Under the pieces are notes generated by a model that saw only the letters and a program-made list of their open reading frames with translations, did not search any database and was not told the origin of the DNA. A DNA stretch of 64,000 nucleotides, taken from an uncultured Bacteroides sp. Lineage in GTDB: Bacteria > Bacteroidota > Bacteroidia > Bacteroidales > Bacteroidaceae. Position numbers and translations under genes: made by a program. Below are positions 37,207 to 47,880 of this stretch, piece by piece. The stretch is taken from NCBI GenBank assembly GCA_964554265.1, contig CAZKOB010000002.1, positions 386-64,385 on the forward strand. Direction: 5' to 3'. Numbering within the stretch: position 1 is the first letter of the stretch; each line of letters starts with the position of its first letter.

Positions 37207-38601
37207 ATGGAAGGAAGTGTAGCTGAAACGTATAAGAATATAAAATCTGTGTATTTTGTGGGAGCTGGTGGAATTGGCATGAGTGCAATTCTGCGCTATT
37301 TCCTTGCAAAAGGTTATCATGTTGGTGGATATGACAAGACACCGAGTGAACTTACCCGGCAGCTTGTGAAAGAAGGGGCGGAGATTCATTATGAGGATGC
37401 TGTAGAGCGGATACCGGAGGAGTTCAAAGATAAAGAGACGACTCTTGTTGTGTATACTCCTGCAATACCAGAAGAACATAAGGAACTGACCTTCTTCCGT
37501 GTAAATGGGTTCCGTATCCGAAAGCGTGCACAGGTTCTAGGCTTTTTGACGAACAAGCACAAAGGGCTTTGTGTGGCCGGTACGCATGGCAAGACTACGA
37601 CTTCGTCTATGGCGGCACACTTGTTGCATCAGTCGCATGTCGATTGTAATGCCTTTCTTGGAGGAATAACCAAGAACTATGGTACCAATTACATTATATC
37701 CCATGAAAGTGATTATGTGGTAATAGAAGCCGATGAGTTTGATCGTTCTTTTCATTGGCTAACTCCCTATATGAGTGTCATTACTGCTACAGATCCTGAC
37801 CATCTTGACGTTTATGGAACGAAAGAGGAATATCTTGAGAGCTTCCGTAAATACAGCAGTTTGATTGAACCGGGAGGAGCGCTTATTATACACAAAGGAC
37901 TGGAAATGAAGGTTGATGTGCAGCCCGGAGTGAGGGTTTATGAGTATTCGCGTGATGAGGGAGATTTTCATGCAGAAAATATCCGCATCGGAGGTGGAGA
38001 TATTGTGTTCGACTTTGTTTGTCAGGACCGAGTGATTAGAGACATTCAGTTGGGAGTACCAGTCAGTATTAACATTGAGAACAGTATTGCAGCAATGGCT
38101 TTGACCACCCTGAATGGAGTGACGGATGATGAAATTCGTATGGGCATGGCTAGTTTTAGAGGAGTAGACCGTCGTTTCGACTTCAAAATAAAGAATGAAC
38201 GTATTGTATTTCTTAGTGATTATGCCCATCATCCTAACGAGATTCGGCAAAGCGTAAAATCAGTACGTGATATCTATCCAGAGAAGAGGATTGCTGCAAT
38301 ATTCCAGCCGCATCTTTATACTCGTACACGTGACTTTTATCGTGAATTTGCAGACAGTCTTTCACTCCTTGATGAAGTTTTTATATGTGATATTTATCCT
38401 GCACGAGAAGAACCTATAGAAGGTGTGACAAGCAAACTGATATATGACAATCTGCGTTGTGGCATCAAGCGCCATCTCATACGCAAGGAGGAAATTCTTG
38501 AATGTGTGCGTAAGGGCGATTTTGATGTGCTTATGTCACTTGGTGCCGGAGATATAGAAACTTATGTGCCACAGATAACAGAGATATTGAAGGACAGGTA
38601 A
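37207..38601 (+). CDS. murC: UDP-N-acetylmuramate--L-alanine ligase
   Basis: GAGGIGMS N-terminus and P-loop AGTHGKTTT. The first ATG is at 37207; the ORF opens with TTG at 37195. Confidence 0.93.
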   Translation: MEGSVAETYKNIKSVYFVGAGGIGMSAILRYFLAKGYHVGGYDKTPSELTRQLVKEGAEIHYEDAVERIPEEFKDKETTLVVYTPAIPEEHKELTFFRVNGFRIRKRAQVLGFLTNKHKGLCVAGTHGKTTTSSMAAHLLHQSHVDCNAFLGGITKNYGTNYIISHESDYVVIEADEFDRSFHWLTPYMSVITATDPDHLDVYGTKEEYLESFRKYSSLIEPGGALIIHKGLEMKVDVQPGVRVYEYSRDEGDFHAENIRIGGGDIVFDFVCQDRVIRDIQLGVPVSINIENSIAAMALTTLNGVTDDEIRMGMASFRGVDRRFDFKIKNERIVFLSDYAHHPNEIRQSVKSVRDIYPEKRIAAIFQPHLYTRTRDFYREFADSLSLLDEVFICDIYPAREEPIEGVTSKLIYDNLRCGIKRHLIRKEEILECVRKGDFDVLMSLGAGDIETYVPQITEILKDR

Positions 38602-38661
38602 CGGCTTTTACTGTGTTTTTTGTATACATATGTGAAGCTTGTTAGTTATATTTAACGCGAT

Positions 38662-39426
38662 ATGAAGTTTGTAAGAATAATAAAGTTCTCTTTGATGGTG
38701 ATTCTGCTTTTGGGAGTTGCCGTGTATGTTGCGTATGCAATGTTCGATATGTCCAAAAGCGATCCGGAAGAGAAGTGTACAGGTCTTATTCTTGATATTG
38801 ATGGTCGTTCTTGTACCAATTTTGTAGATAAAACAGAAGTGGAAGAGATGCTGAAGGCGGCTCATTTGTACCCGAAAGGGATGTTGATGAAAGATGTGAA
38901 TACTCGTGGCATTGAAACAGAACTCAAGACAAATGAGTTTATAGAAAGTGTTGAATGCTATAAGTCGTCTACAGGAAAACTTTGTATAAGGATTGTACAA
39001 CGCACTCCTGTGGTATACGCTCTTCCGGATAATGCGGCCGGATATTTCGTGGATCGCTCGGGCAAAATACTTTCCAATACCAATTACGCAGCGAATATAA
39101 TAACGGCGACAGGGCATTTTACACCTGACTATGCTGCAAGCAAGTTGGCCCCCTTGGGAGTCTATCTGCAGGAAAATCCTTTTTGGAACAATCAGATAGA
39201 ACAGGTTTATGTTAGTGTAAGTCGTGGCAATAAATATGTTGTAGAACTTGTACCGAGGGTTGGTGACCAGACCATATATCTTGGCGACATAGACGGATTT
39301 GAGAAAAAACTTCGTCGATTGAAAATCTTTTATGAGAAAGCTATGAGATGTGTGGGATGGAATAAATATGACAAGATAAATCTCGAATATAACAATCAGA
39401 TAATTTGTACAAAACAAAAGAATTAA
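38662..39426 (+). CDS. ftsQ: Cell division protein FtsQ
   Basis: Single N-terminal transmembrane helix followed by a POTRA-like region, in the conserved position between murC and ftsA. Confidence 0.8.
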   Translation: MKFVRIIKFSLMVILLLGVAVYVAYAMFDMSKSDPEEKCTGLILDIDGRSCTNFVDKTEVEEMLKAAHLYPKGMLMKDVNTRGIETELKTNEFIESVECYKSSTGKLCIRIVQRTPVVYALPDNAAGYFVDRSGKILSNTNYAANIITATGHFTPDYAASKLAPLGVYLQENPFWNNQIEQVYVSVSRGNKYVVELVPRVGDQTIYLGDIDGFEKKLRRLKIFYEKAMRCVGWNKYDKINLEYNNQIICTKQKN

Positions 39427-39432
39427 TTATAT

Positions 39433-41049
39433 ATGGCACCTACAGATAAAGATTTTGTTGTTGCAATAGAACTTGGATCTTCCAAGATTTCAGGTATTGC
39501 AGGGAAGAAGAAAGACGGCACAATGCATATACTTGCTTATGCTGAAGAAAAGACTACGGCATGCGTGAAGCGTGGCATCATTTATAATATAGAAAAGACA
39601 TGTCAGAGTGTCAATAATATAATAGAAAGGCTGGAAGCGGATTTGAAGACAAAAATAACACGGGCATACATTGGTATAGGCGGACAGTCGGTGCGCTCTT
39701 ATAAATGTATCGTTAAACGTAATCTGTTGACCCAAAGTTATATAACAAATGAGGTTATAGACTCGATTCATGACGAAAGCTATGAAATTCCTTATTCGGA
39801 TTGTGAGGTGCTTGAAAATTATCCGCAGGAATATATTGTAGATCAGAATATCGTAACAGATCCTGTCGGTGTGATGGGAACAAATATAGAGGGCGAATAT
39901 CTGAATGTGATTTCTCGTACTAAGCTTAGAAGCAATATTCGTACATGTTTTGCTAATACAACAGTTGCTCTCGCGGATGACTTTATGCTTTCTGCTTATT
40001 TGCTGGCGAACAATGTGTTGACTGATGCCGAGAAGCGCTCTGGGTGTGTGCTTGTCGATTTAGGCGCAGGTACCACAACTGTTGTGGTATATAAGAATAA
40101 TATTCTCCGCCATCTTGTCACAATTCCGTTGGGTTCGAATAATATCACGCAAGATCTTGCTACTTTACAGCTTGATGAGACTGAAGCAGAAGAGGTCAAG
40201 CTGAAGTATGGAGCCGCGTATGTGGAAGAAAGCGATATTAATGAAGAACAGGAAGCAAGAGTTTATACCACTTCTGATGGAAGGACGATTGAAATCTCCA
40301 AGATACAGCTGATTGTAGAGGCACGAATAAATGAGATTATTGCAAATGTAAGGAAGCAAATTGTCAATTCTAATTATGGAGATAAGCTTCTTGCCGGTAT
40401 AATACTTACAGGAGGTGGTTCCAATATGAAAAATATAGACAAGGCTTTCCTCTCCGAGATAAAGGTGGATAAAGTACGTATTGCAAAAACAGTCAATCAG
40501 CCGATTGTTAAAGCTGAATCATTGGCAAACCGGAAATTTGACAATGGTATGAATAACACGTTGTTGTCTTTGTTGCTGTCAGGAGAAATGTCTTGTGGCG
40601 GTGATGCTGTGGACGATGTGGCAAAAACTGTAGGTCCGGATGATGAACGCAGGGACCAACTCAATAAGGAACGAGAGGATATTGCACGGCGGGAAGCCGA
40701 AACGGCCCAACAGCTCGATGGCATCAAAGCACTTATACGTATCAATATAGATAAGGTGCAGAGTGCTGAAGAGGAACTTGAGAAAAACGGGAAAAACAAG
40801 ACGACAAGGTTGCAGGTTGAAGAACTTGTGAATACAGCTCCTGATGTTATAGGAAATGAATATGAAGAATGTGTCAGTTTGCTTAACGGCAAGGATAAAT
40901 ACAAGCAAAGTCTTAAAGAAGGGGCTGAACTTGCAAAGATTCTTAAGGACAGTGTAGACAAACTTGCAGACAAACTTGCAGAAGTCAAGAAGAATAACAG
41001 TTTGTGGGGTCGGTTCACTCGTATGATGAGTGATATTGTGAATGAATAG
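39433..41049 (+). CDS. ftsA: Cell division protein FtsA, with a long charged C-terminal extension
   Basis: Actin-like ATPase (VAIELGSSKISG, VLVDLGAGTTTVVVY, ILTGGGSNM). It is followed by about 100 charged, coiled-coil-like residues and a terminal amphipathic helix (LWGRFTRMMSDIV). Confidence 0.92.
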   Translation: MAPTDKDFVVAIELGSSKISGIAGKKKDGTMHILAYAEEKTTACVKRGIIYNIEKTCQSVNNIIERLEADLKTKITRAYIGIGGQSVRSYKCIVKRNLLTQSYITNEVIDSIHDESYEIPYSDCEVLENYPQEYIVDQNIVTDPVGVMGTNIEGEYLNVISRTKLRSNIRTCFANTTVALADDFMLSAYLLANNVLTDAEKRSGCVLVDLGAGTTTVVVYKNNILRHLVTIPLGSNNITQDLATLQLDETEAEEVKLKYGAAYVEESDINEEQEARVYTTSDGRTIEISKIQLIVEARINEIIANVRKQIVNSNYGDKLLAGIILTGGGSNMKNIDKAFLSEIKVDKVRIAKTVNQPIVKAESLANRKFDNGMNNTLLSLLLSGEMSCGGDAVDDVAKTVGPDDERRDQLNKEREDIARREAETAQQLDGIKALIRINIDKVQSAEEELEKNGKNKTTRLQVEELVNTAPDVIGNEYEECVSLLNGKDKYKQSLKEGAELAKILKDSVDKLADKLAEVKKNNSLWGRFTRMMSDIVNE

Positions 41050-41085
41050 TGATAAGTTAAAAACAGAATAATAAAAGATATAGAT

Positions 41086-42396
41086 ATGCCAGAACTAAAC
41101 GATAATATGGACGTATTCAATTTCCAAAAAGGTACAACAAGTATCATAAAAGTTATAGGTGTTGGCGGTGGAGGAAGTAATGCTGTCAATCACATGTATA
41201 ACGAAGGCATTCATGACGTTACGTTTGTTGTGTGCAATACTGATAACAAGGCTTTGCAGGATTCGCCGGTTCCGGTGAAACTGCAACTTGGTACGGAGGG
41301 ACTTGGTGCGGGAAACCGTCCGGAAAGGGCTCGTAAGGCCACGGAAGAATCTATTGAAGATGTGCGCAAGATGCTGAATGATGGTACCAAGATGGTATTC
41401 ATTACGGCAGGAATGGGCGGTGGCACCGGAACGGGAGCCGCGCCGCTTATTGCTAAGACCGCCAAAGACATGGGAATATTGACTGTCGGTATTGTTACTA
41501 TACCATTCCGTTGGGAAGGAAACAGAAAAATAGACCAAGCTTTGGATGGTGTCGAAGAAATCAGCAAGAATGTGGATGCTCTTCTCGTTATCAACAACGA
41601 ACGTCTTCGTGAAATATACCAGGACTATACGGTAATAAACGCTTTTGCCAAAGCTGATGATACACTTTGTAATGCGGCAAGGAGCATTGCCGAGATTATT
41701 ACAATGCATGGTATTATTAATCTTGACTTCAATGATGTCAGCACTGTTCTTAAAGACGGAGGTGTGGCAATTATGAGTTCTGGTTATGGTACGGGAGAGG
41801 GACGTGTGACAAAGGCTATAAATGATGCTCTTAATTCTCCTCTTCTGAACAATAACGACATTTATCGTTCAAAGAAAATCTTGTTGCGCATTTCTTTCTG
41901 TGGAGATGAAGGTGATGCAACCCTGATGATGGATGAGATGAATGAGGTCCATGAGTTTATGGAGAAGATAAAGACGCAGGATGTGGAGACAAAATGGGGA
42001 CTTTCCGTTGATCCGGAACTGAAGGATCAGGTAAAGGTGACGATTCTTGCGACAGGATTCGGTGTGGAGGATATTGATTCTGCAGAAATGGATGAGCGTC
42101 TTATCAAACGCGATGCAGAGGCGCAGAAGCGTAAGGAGGAAGAGGATGAGGAAATGGCCAGAAAGGCTATTCGCCGCAGTCAAATCTATGGTCCGGACAA
42201 GAAGGGAAGTTATATACGTCGTCCGACTTTCAGCTATATTTTTACAGATGAGGATCTTGATAATGATGATATAATCAGTATGGTGGAAACATCACCGACA
42301 TATAAGCGTACTAAAGATATATTGAAGCAGTTCTCTATCCGTTCACATGACGGTGGGAATGCTGCCGGAGGAACAGCCTCTGTCATTACTTTCTGA
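41086..42396 (+). CDS. ftsZ: Cell division GTPase FtsZ
   Basis: Tubulin signature GGGTGTGAAP and N-terminus IKVIGVGGGGSNAVN. Confidence 0.95.
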   Translation: MPELNDNMDVFNFQKGTTSIIKVIGVGGGGSNAVNHMYNEGIHDVTFVVCNTDNKALQDSPVPVKLQLGTEGLGAGNRPERARKATEESIEDVRKMLNDGTKMVFITAGMGGGTGTGAAPLIAKTAKDMGILTVGIVTIPFRWEGNRKIDQALDGVEEISKNVDALLVINNERLREIYQDYTVINAFAKADDTLCNAARSIAEIITMHGIINLDFNDVSTVLKDGGVAIMSSGYGTGEGRVTKAINDALNSPLLNNNDIYRSKKILLRISFCGDEGDATLMMDEMNEVHEFMEKIKTQDVETKWGLSVDPELKDQVKVTILATGFGVEDIDSAEMDERLIKRDAEAQKRKEEEDEEMARKAIRRSQIYGPDKKGSYIRRPTFSYIFTDEDLDNDDIISMVETSPTYKRTKDILKQFSIRSHDGGNAAGGTASVITF

Positions 42397-42473
42397 TGAC
42401 AAATACTTTGCGGGTCTGCTTCTTGATGGTATGAGGGAAAAGAACAAGAAACAATAGAAATATATTTTTTATT

Positions 42474-42923
42474 ATGGCACTTTTTGAACAAATCAGTAAA
42501 GACATTGTTGCAGCAATGAAAGCGAAGGATGCCGTGCGTCGTGACACTCTTCGCAATGTTAAGAAATTTTTTCTGGAAGCAAAGACAGCTCCGGGAGCGA
42601 ATGATGAATTGGCAGATGATGCTGCTTTGAAGATTCTTCAGAAATTGGCGAAGCAGGGCCGTGAATCTGCTGAGATATATAAAGGGCAGGGCCGTGAAGA
42701 TCTTGCAGAAGATGAGATGGCTCAGGTCCGTGTTATAGAGGAATATCTTCCTAAACAGCTTGACGCTGCAGAGCTTGAAGAGAAAATAAAGGAAATAATA
42801 GCTGAGGTCGGTGCTTCTTCTCCGCAGGAAATGGGCAAGGTTATGGGAGTTGCGACAAAGAAGTTGGCAGGACTTGCAGAAGGACGTGCTATTTCTGCTT
42901 GTGTGAAGAAACTGCTGGCATAA
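42474..42923 (+). CDS. GatB/YqeY domain-containing protein
   Basis: 149 aa, with MALFEQISKDIVAAMKAKD and YLPKQL typical of YqeY-like proteins. Confidence 0.85.
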   Translation: MALFEQISKDIVAAMKAKDAVRRDTLRNVKKFFLEAKTAPGANDELADDAALKILQKLAKQGRESAEIYKGQGREDLAEDEMAQVRVIEEYLPKQLDAAELEEKIKEIIAEVGASSPQEMGKVMGVATKKLAGLAEGRAISACVKKLLA

Positions 42924-42990
42924 TCCTCCTCCCTTCTGTATGTGTCTGTAGAACTAAATAGATAGGTGTTTTGTTCTGCAGAGAATGCGT

Positions 42991-43029
42991 AAAAACCGTT
43001 TGGTCTACGGACTGAACGGCTTTTTTTTG
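42991..43029 (+). terminator. Candidate terminator after yqeY
   Basis: Short stem ccgtt...aacgg followed by c and an 8-T run (43021-43028). Confidence 0.5.
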
Positions 43030-43039
43030 CTTGTAAGTG

Positions 43040-44247
43040 TACGCGGGTTCGGTTTAAGAAAGTCCTGTAAAAGTTGGTAAGTAGGTGTTTTTACAGATGA
43101 CTATAGCTTGTGTTTTTGGGGGATTTTCGCAGATGTATTCACAGATGACTCTTATAATTCTTATGGTTATAAGCAGGTGTATTCACAGACTCCTCCGTCG
43201 CTTCGCGCCACGCCCTCCGTCGCAAGCTCCCCAATTGCTCCTATTCCGCAATTGCCCCTAACTTAGGGGAGGAGCCTGGTTTCCTTGTTCGCTGGAATAT
43301 CAATGATAGGTTAATATGTTGAATATCATTGGCGCGAAGCGACGGAGGAGTCTGTGAAGGCACCTGCAAAAACAACTGACTTTCTCAGAAACATTTCTTC
43401 TTTCTTTTTGTCACAAAAACTACTCGTTGCGGACGGAATCTTATTAACATAATTAAGATTTGTTTATATTTACTCAACCGTCTAAATTTTGATATTTCAT
43501 AGATAAACGATTGATAATCAATAAAATACTATTTTAGCAAAACAGTGCAGTTTTAGGTACAAGAAGTACAGGTTGTGACAAAAATAGGATACACTGATAA
43601 TCAGTAAGTTATGAAAATACCTGGCTGAGATTCCTGTTTTCTGCTACCAAAATCCATCTTTGTTTTTCGTGGCATTGAAAAATGTGATTTAGACTTTTTA
43701 AGAAAGTAATTTGTGCAACACCGGATTTCAACCCGAAAAACGGACTATCTCAAACTCGTTCACCTTGAAAATAAATTTCGTTCACCTTGCAATTTTTTTT
43801 ACAAGGCATTTTAAAACCTTTTTCAAGGTGAACGAAATAAATTTTCAGCGTACTCTTTTTTCAGGCGAGGCACACACGAATGTGAATAAATGTATCTTTT
43901 CAGAATGTGAATTATATTATTTTTACATTTGGGGTTCAAGGCTTGAAAACGGCCTTAGAATCGCGTAAATGGAACTTCAGTAAGGTTCGGTCGATTTTAT
44001 GCGATTCTACGAGTCTTGAATTTTAACATTTCAAATTGTCAAAAAAAGTCCGTAATTTATGACAAATGGATAGCGGAGATGAGACAACCACACTGATTTA
44101 CGAGAACATTGGGGCACATGAAAAGGCATCAAAGAACAGCGAAACTCTTCGATGAGAATTTTGGGGCGACACGATGACGAAGTCAGGGTGCATAAACATG
44201 CAAGATTACCAACTTTTTATAGGACCTTCTTAAATCGAATTCGCGTA
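43040..44247 (+). repeat. Interspersed repeat, copy F. Full length, with terminal inverted repeats and a nested long-arm palindrome whose right arm is truncated.
   Basis: Left end tacgcgggttcggtttaagaaagtcc (43040-43065) against right end ggaccttcttaaatcgaattcgcgta (44222-44247): 22 of 26 positions are complementary. All internal blocks are present, including ggcgacacgatgacgaagtcagg, which ends at 44187. Confidence 0.88.
43184..43356. repeat. Nested palindromic module in copy F (long left arm, truncated right arm)
   Basis: The left arm cacagactcctccgtcgcttcgcgccacgccctccgtcgcaagctccccaattgctcctattccgcaattgcccctaacttaggggaggagc matches the copy I arms. Only ggcgcgaagcgacggaggagtctgtg remains of the right arm. 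Confidence 0.85.
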
Positions 44248-44418
44248 AGTATGGCTCGGTAACTTATTCGGTGAATAAAAACTTGAACTGTTGCTGTGAA
44301 AAATTCTGATTTGATGGGATTTGTGTCATTTTTATTGACTAAATTTGCAACTTCAAAGCATTTGGAAATGGTTTTAGGATAAAAAAACAATAAAGTATTA
44401 ATTATACAAGAGAAAACT

Positions 44419-45012
44419 ATGGCGGAAACTAAAAAAATCAAGACTGCGCTGGTATCTGTCTATCATAAGGACGGATTGGACGAATTGTTGGCAGAACTTC
44501 ACAAGAATGGAGTGGAGTTCATATCGACAGGTGGTACACAGAGCTTCATAGAGAGCCTCGGCTATGAATGCCGTAAAGTCGAGGAACTTACAACATATCC
44601 TTCTATTTTGGGTGGGCGTGTAAAGACGTTGCATCCGAAAGTCTTTGGCGGCATACTTGGTCGTCGTGGACTTGAAAGCGACTGTGCCGAAATGGCTAAG
44701 TATGAAATTCCTGAGATAGACCTTGTGATTGTCGACCTTTATCCTTTTGAAGAGACGGTGGCAAGTACAAATGATGAGGCTGCTATTATAGAGAAAATAG
44801 ATATAGGCGGAATTTCTCTTATACGCGCCGGAGCAAAGAATTTCAACGATGTCGTAATCATTCCGAGTAAAGCGGAATACACTCCGCTTCTTGACCTTAT
44901 AAAGGCTCAGGGTGCGGAGACAACCAAAGAGCAGCGCAAGTGGTTTGCAATGAAAGCTTTTGGTGTAAGTTCGCATTACGATACTGCGATTCACGCATAT
45001 TTTCAGAAATAA
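44419..45012 (+). CDS. PurH N-terminal (MGS-like / IMP cyclohydrolase) domain only. It is either a stand-alone protein or a truncated purH.
   Basis: 197 aa starting KTALVSVYHKDGL, with STGGT and VDLYPFEETV, all typical of the PurH N-terminal domain. The stop at 45010-45012 falls at the domain boundary, and no AICAR transformylase domain lies in the 186 nt before mreB. Confidence 0.8.
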   Translation: MAETKKIKTALVSVYHKDGLDELLAELHKNGVEFISTGGTQSFIESLGYECRKVEELTTYPSILGGRVKTLHPKVFGGILGRRGLESDCAEMAKYEIPEIDLVIVDLYPFEETVASTNDEAAIIEKIDIGGISLIRAGAKNFNDVVIIPSKAEYTPLLDLIKAQGAETTKEQRKWFAMKAFGVSSHYDTAIHAYFQK

Positions 45013-45198
45013 AGTATTGAGGGATATTGAGTGCGGAATGTCTGGATTCAGAACATATACAATATAATATGGACGCACAGGCAGAAGTGTACGTTGATGT
45101 TTGCTTGCGAGAATATGGGTGTGGTAAGTCTGTGTGCCTTTTTTGTGTATTCTGTATAAAGTCAGGTATTCAATATTGTAAAAACAAAGGAAACAGTT

Positions 45199-46221
45199 AT
45201 GGGATTTTTTTCATTGACCCAAGATATAGCAATGGATCTTGGCACAGCCAATACAATCATTACTTGCAATGGCAAGATTGTGGTTGACGAGCCTTCAGTT
45301 GTCGCCCTCGACAAGAAAACAAACAAGATGATGGCTGTTGGGCGGAAGGCCAAGATGATGTATGAAAAGACGCATGATAACATCAGAACATGTCGCCCTT
45401 TGCGCGACGGTGTCATTGCTGACTTTGATGCTTGCGAGCAGATGATGCGCGGACTGATAAAGATGGTGAACTCAGGACATCATCTTTTCACTCCGTCTTT
45501 GCGTATGGTTATCGGTGTGCCTTCCGGTTCTACAGAAGTTGAATTGCGTGCTGTACGTGACAGTGCGGAGCATTCCGGTGGCAGGGATGTCTACTTGCTT
45601 TTTGAACCGATGGCGGCCGCAATCGGTATAGGGCTTGATGTGGAGGCTCCGGAAGGATGCATGGTTGTTGATATAGGTGGTGGTTCCACAGAGATTGCAG
45701 TCATTTCTCTCGGCGGAATTGTAACCAACAATTCTATCCGTGTTGCTGGCGATGATCTTACGGCTGATATTCGTGAATATATGAGTCGTCAGCACAACGT
45801 GCTTGTCAGTGAACGTATGGCAGAACGGATCAAGATAAATGTGGGGTCGGCTCTGACAGATCTTGCGGAAAATGCTCCGGAGGATTATATTGTTCATGGT
45901 CCTAACCGCATTACTTCATTGCCGATGGAAATTCCCGTATGTTATCAGGAGATAGCACATTGCATAGATAAGTCTATAGCTCGCATAGAGACTGCGGTTC
46001 TTAATGCTCTTCAGAACACACCTCCGGAACTGTATGCCGATATTGTCAAGAATGGTATATGGCTCACCGGTGGAGGAGCATTGCTCCGTGGATTAGACAA
46101 ACGTCTTACTGATAAGATCAAGATTCCTTTCCATATAGCGGAGGATCCCCTCCATAGTGTGGCAAAAGGAACAGGTGTGGCCTTGAAGAATGTACATAAC
46201 TTTACATTCCTTATGAGGTAA
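45199..46221 (+). CDS. mreB: Rod shape-determining protein MreB
   Basis: MGFFSLTQDIAMDLGTANTII N-terminus and actin-fold motifs (VVDIGGGSTEIAV). Confidence 0.95.
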   Translation: MGFFSLTQDIAMDLGTANTIITCNGKIVVDEPSVVALDKKTNKMMAVGRKAKMMYEKTHDNIRTCRPLRDGVIADFDACEQMMRGLIKMVNSGHHLFTPSLRMVIGVPSGSTEVELRAVRDSAEHSGGRDVYLLFEPMAAAIGIGLDVEAPEGCMVVDIGGGSTEIAVISLGGIVTNNSIRVAGDDLTADIREYMSRQHNVLVSERMAERIKINVGSALTDLAENAPEDYIVHGPNRITSLPMEIPVCYQEIAHCIDKSIARIETAVLNALQNTPPELYADIVKNGIWLTGGGALLRGLDKRLTDKIKIPFHIAEDPLHSVAKGTGVALKNVHNFTFLMR

Positions 46222-46394
46222 TGCTTATGTGTTGAAGATTGTTCATGTACTGTGGATGATGTCGGGTAGGATGTCCTTTTTCCCGATCGTGTCCATGGTA
46301 CATTTCTATGATGTGATGATTTTACGAACAATGTTGTGGTTCTTTGTAACATGTCCGTGCATGTCAGGAGCGTCATTCCCATACTACAAGATTT

Positions 46395-47240
46395 ATGCGT
46401 AATCTAATAGATTTCCTTCGCAAATATTTATACTGGTTTGTGTTCGTCCTTTTGGAAACGGTCAGCCTCGTTACTTTGTTTAATGCCGGTGGCTATCAGG
46501 AATGCACGTATCTTACTACAGCAAACACTGTTGTGGGCACAATTTATTCTTTTACGAGCAGTGTGACGTCTTACCTTGACTTGCAGACGGTCAACCGACA
46601 GTTGGAGGCGGATAATGAGGAACTACGTAAAAGGGTTAATGGACTGGAACGCAAACTTAGAGAGATGTCTTCTGATAGTATGGTTGTCGGCAATATTTCA
46701 TTGCCAGATTATGAGTTTGTAAGTGCGCATGTTGTCAATTCCACTCTTCATCGGAACAATAATCTCATAACCATAGATAAAGGCGAGGCGGATGGCATAC
46801 GTCCAGAGATGGGTGTAGTGTGCTCACGTGGTGTTGTCGGGGTTGTGTTTCTTACTTCACAGCATTATTCTGTAGTAATACCTCTTCTTAATATTAGTTC
46901 CAAGGTCAGTTGCCGTCTTCGGGGATCTGAACATTTTGGAACAATGCAGTGGCGGCGTGGGGCTGTTGATGTGTCGTATGTTGCCGGTATACCGCGTCAT
47001 GCAAAGGTCAGACGTGGGGAGATTGTAGAAACAAATGGCTTTTCAGACATATTTCCTTCCGGCATACCTATAGGGCGTGTTATCGATTTCGGTGATTCAG
47101 CAGATGGAATGTCGTATATGTTGCGTGTATATCTGTTTGCCGATTTTAAGACATTGCGCAATGTCAGTGTGATTACCAATTATTCAAAACCCGAACGTCG
47201 GGAACTTGAGGGAAGAGCTGATTCGTTGATAATGAATTGA
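46395..47240 (+). CDS. mreC: Rod shape-determining protein MreC
   Basis: N-terminal transmembrane helix, coiled coil (LEADNEELRKRVNGLERKL) and a beta-rich C-terminal region, in the conserved position after mreB. Confidence 0.88.
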   Translation: MRNLIDFLRKYLYWFVFVLLETVSLVTLFNAGGYQECTYLTTANTVVGTIYSFTSSVTSYLDLQTVNRQLEADNEELRKRVNGLERKLREMSSDSMVVGNISLPDYEFVSAHVVNSTLHRNNNLITIDKGEADGIRPEMGVVCSRGVVGVVFLTSQHYSVVIPLLNISSKVSCRLRGSEHFGTMQWRRGAVDVSYVAGIPRHAKVRRGEIVETNGFSDIFPSGIPIGRVIDFGDSADGMSYMLRVYLFADFKTLRNVSVITNYSKPERRELEGRADSLIMN

Positions 47241-47310
47241 TTCTTTTGTGGATGTTTCCGGATGTTGGGGGAATCTGATGAGGATGACAAATGTATAATA
47301 GAGTACGTCG

Positions 47311-47820
47311 ATGAGCAATTCTTTTATATTTCGTCTTTTGCGGCTTTTGATTTTGTTGGTGGTTCAGGTGCTGGTACTTAACCATCTGCATCTTTTTGGG
47401 TATGCTACTCCGCTTGTAATTGGCTATATGCTTACCTGCTTCCATTGCAATTCATCCAGAATTGGTATTTTGCTGTGGGGATTTGTATTGGGCACATTGT
47501 TCGATATGTTTGCCAATACGTCCGGCATGGGTGCTGCGTCTTGTACATTGCTGGCGATGATTCAGCCTCCCTTGCTGCGTCTGTTCGTCCCTCGTGATGC
47601 TCCCGAAGATTTTGAACCGATGTTGGCAAACATGGGGATTGGACGCTTTTTGTCCTATATCTTTATTTCCTTGTTTATACTTCACGCTGCATTTTTTCTT
47701 CTTGATGCATTTTCTCTTTCCGAATGGCAACTTACTCTCATGGCAATTTGTGGAGGTTCGTTGCTTTCTACTGTCATAGTGTTCTTTATCGAACTTTTGG
47801 TAAGGAGAAAATCGCATTGA
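47311..47820 (+). CDS. mreD: Rod shape-determining protein MreD
   Basis: 169-aa polytopic membrane protein in the conserved position between mreC and mrdA. Confidence 0.75.
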   Translation: MSNSFIFRLLRLLILLVVQVLVLNHLHLFGYATPLVIGYMLTCFHCNSSRIGILLWGFVLGTLFDMFANTSGMGAASCTLLAMIQPPLLRLFVPRDAPEDFEPMLANMGIGRFLSYIFISLFILHAAFFLLDAFSLSEWQLTLMAICGGSLLSTVIVFFIELLVRRKSH

Positions 47821-47880
47821 ACTTTTTTCATGATTGTAGTATAGTTGTATTTTTGCTTGTCTCATTGCTAAGGTAACAAG

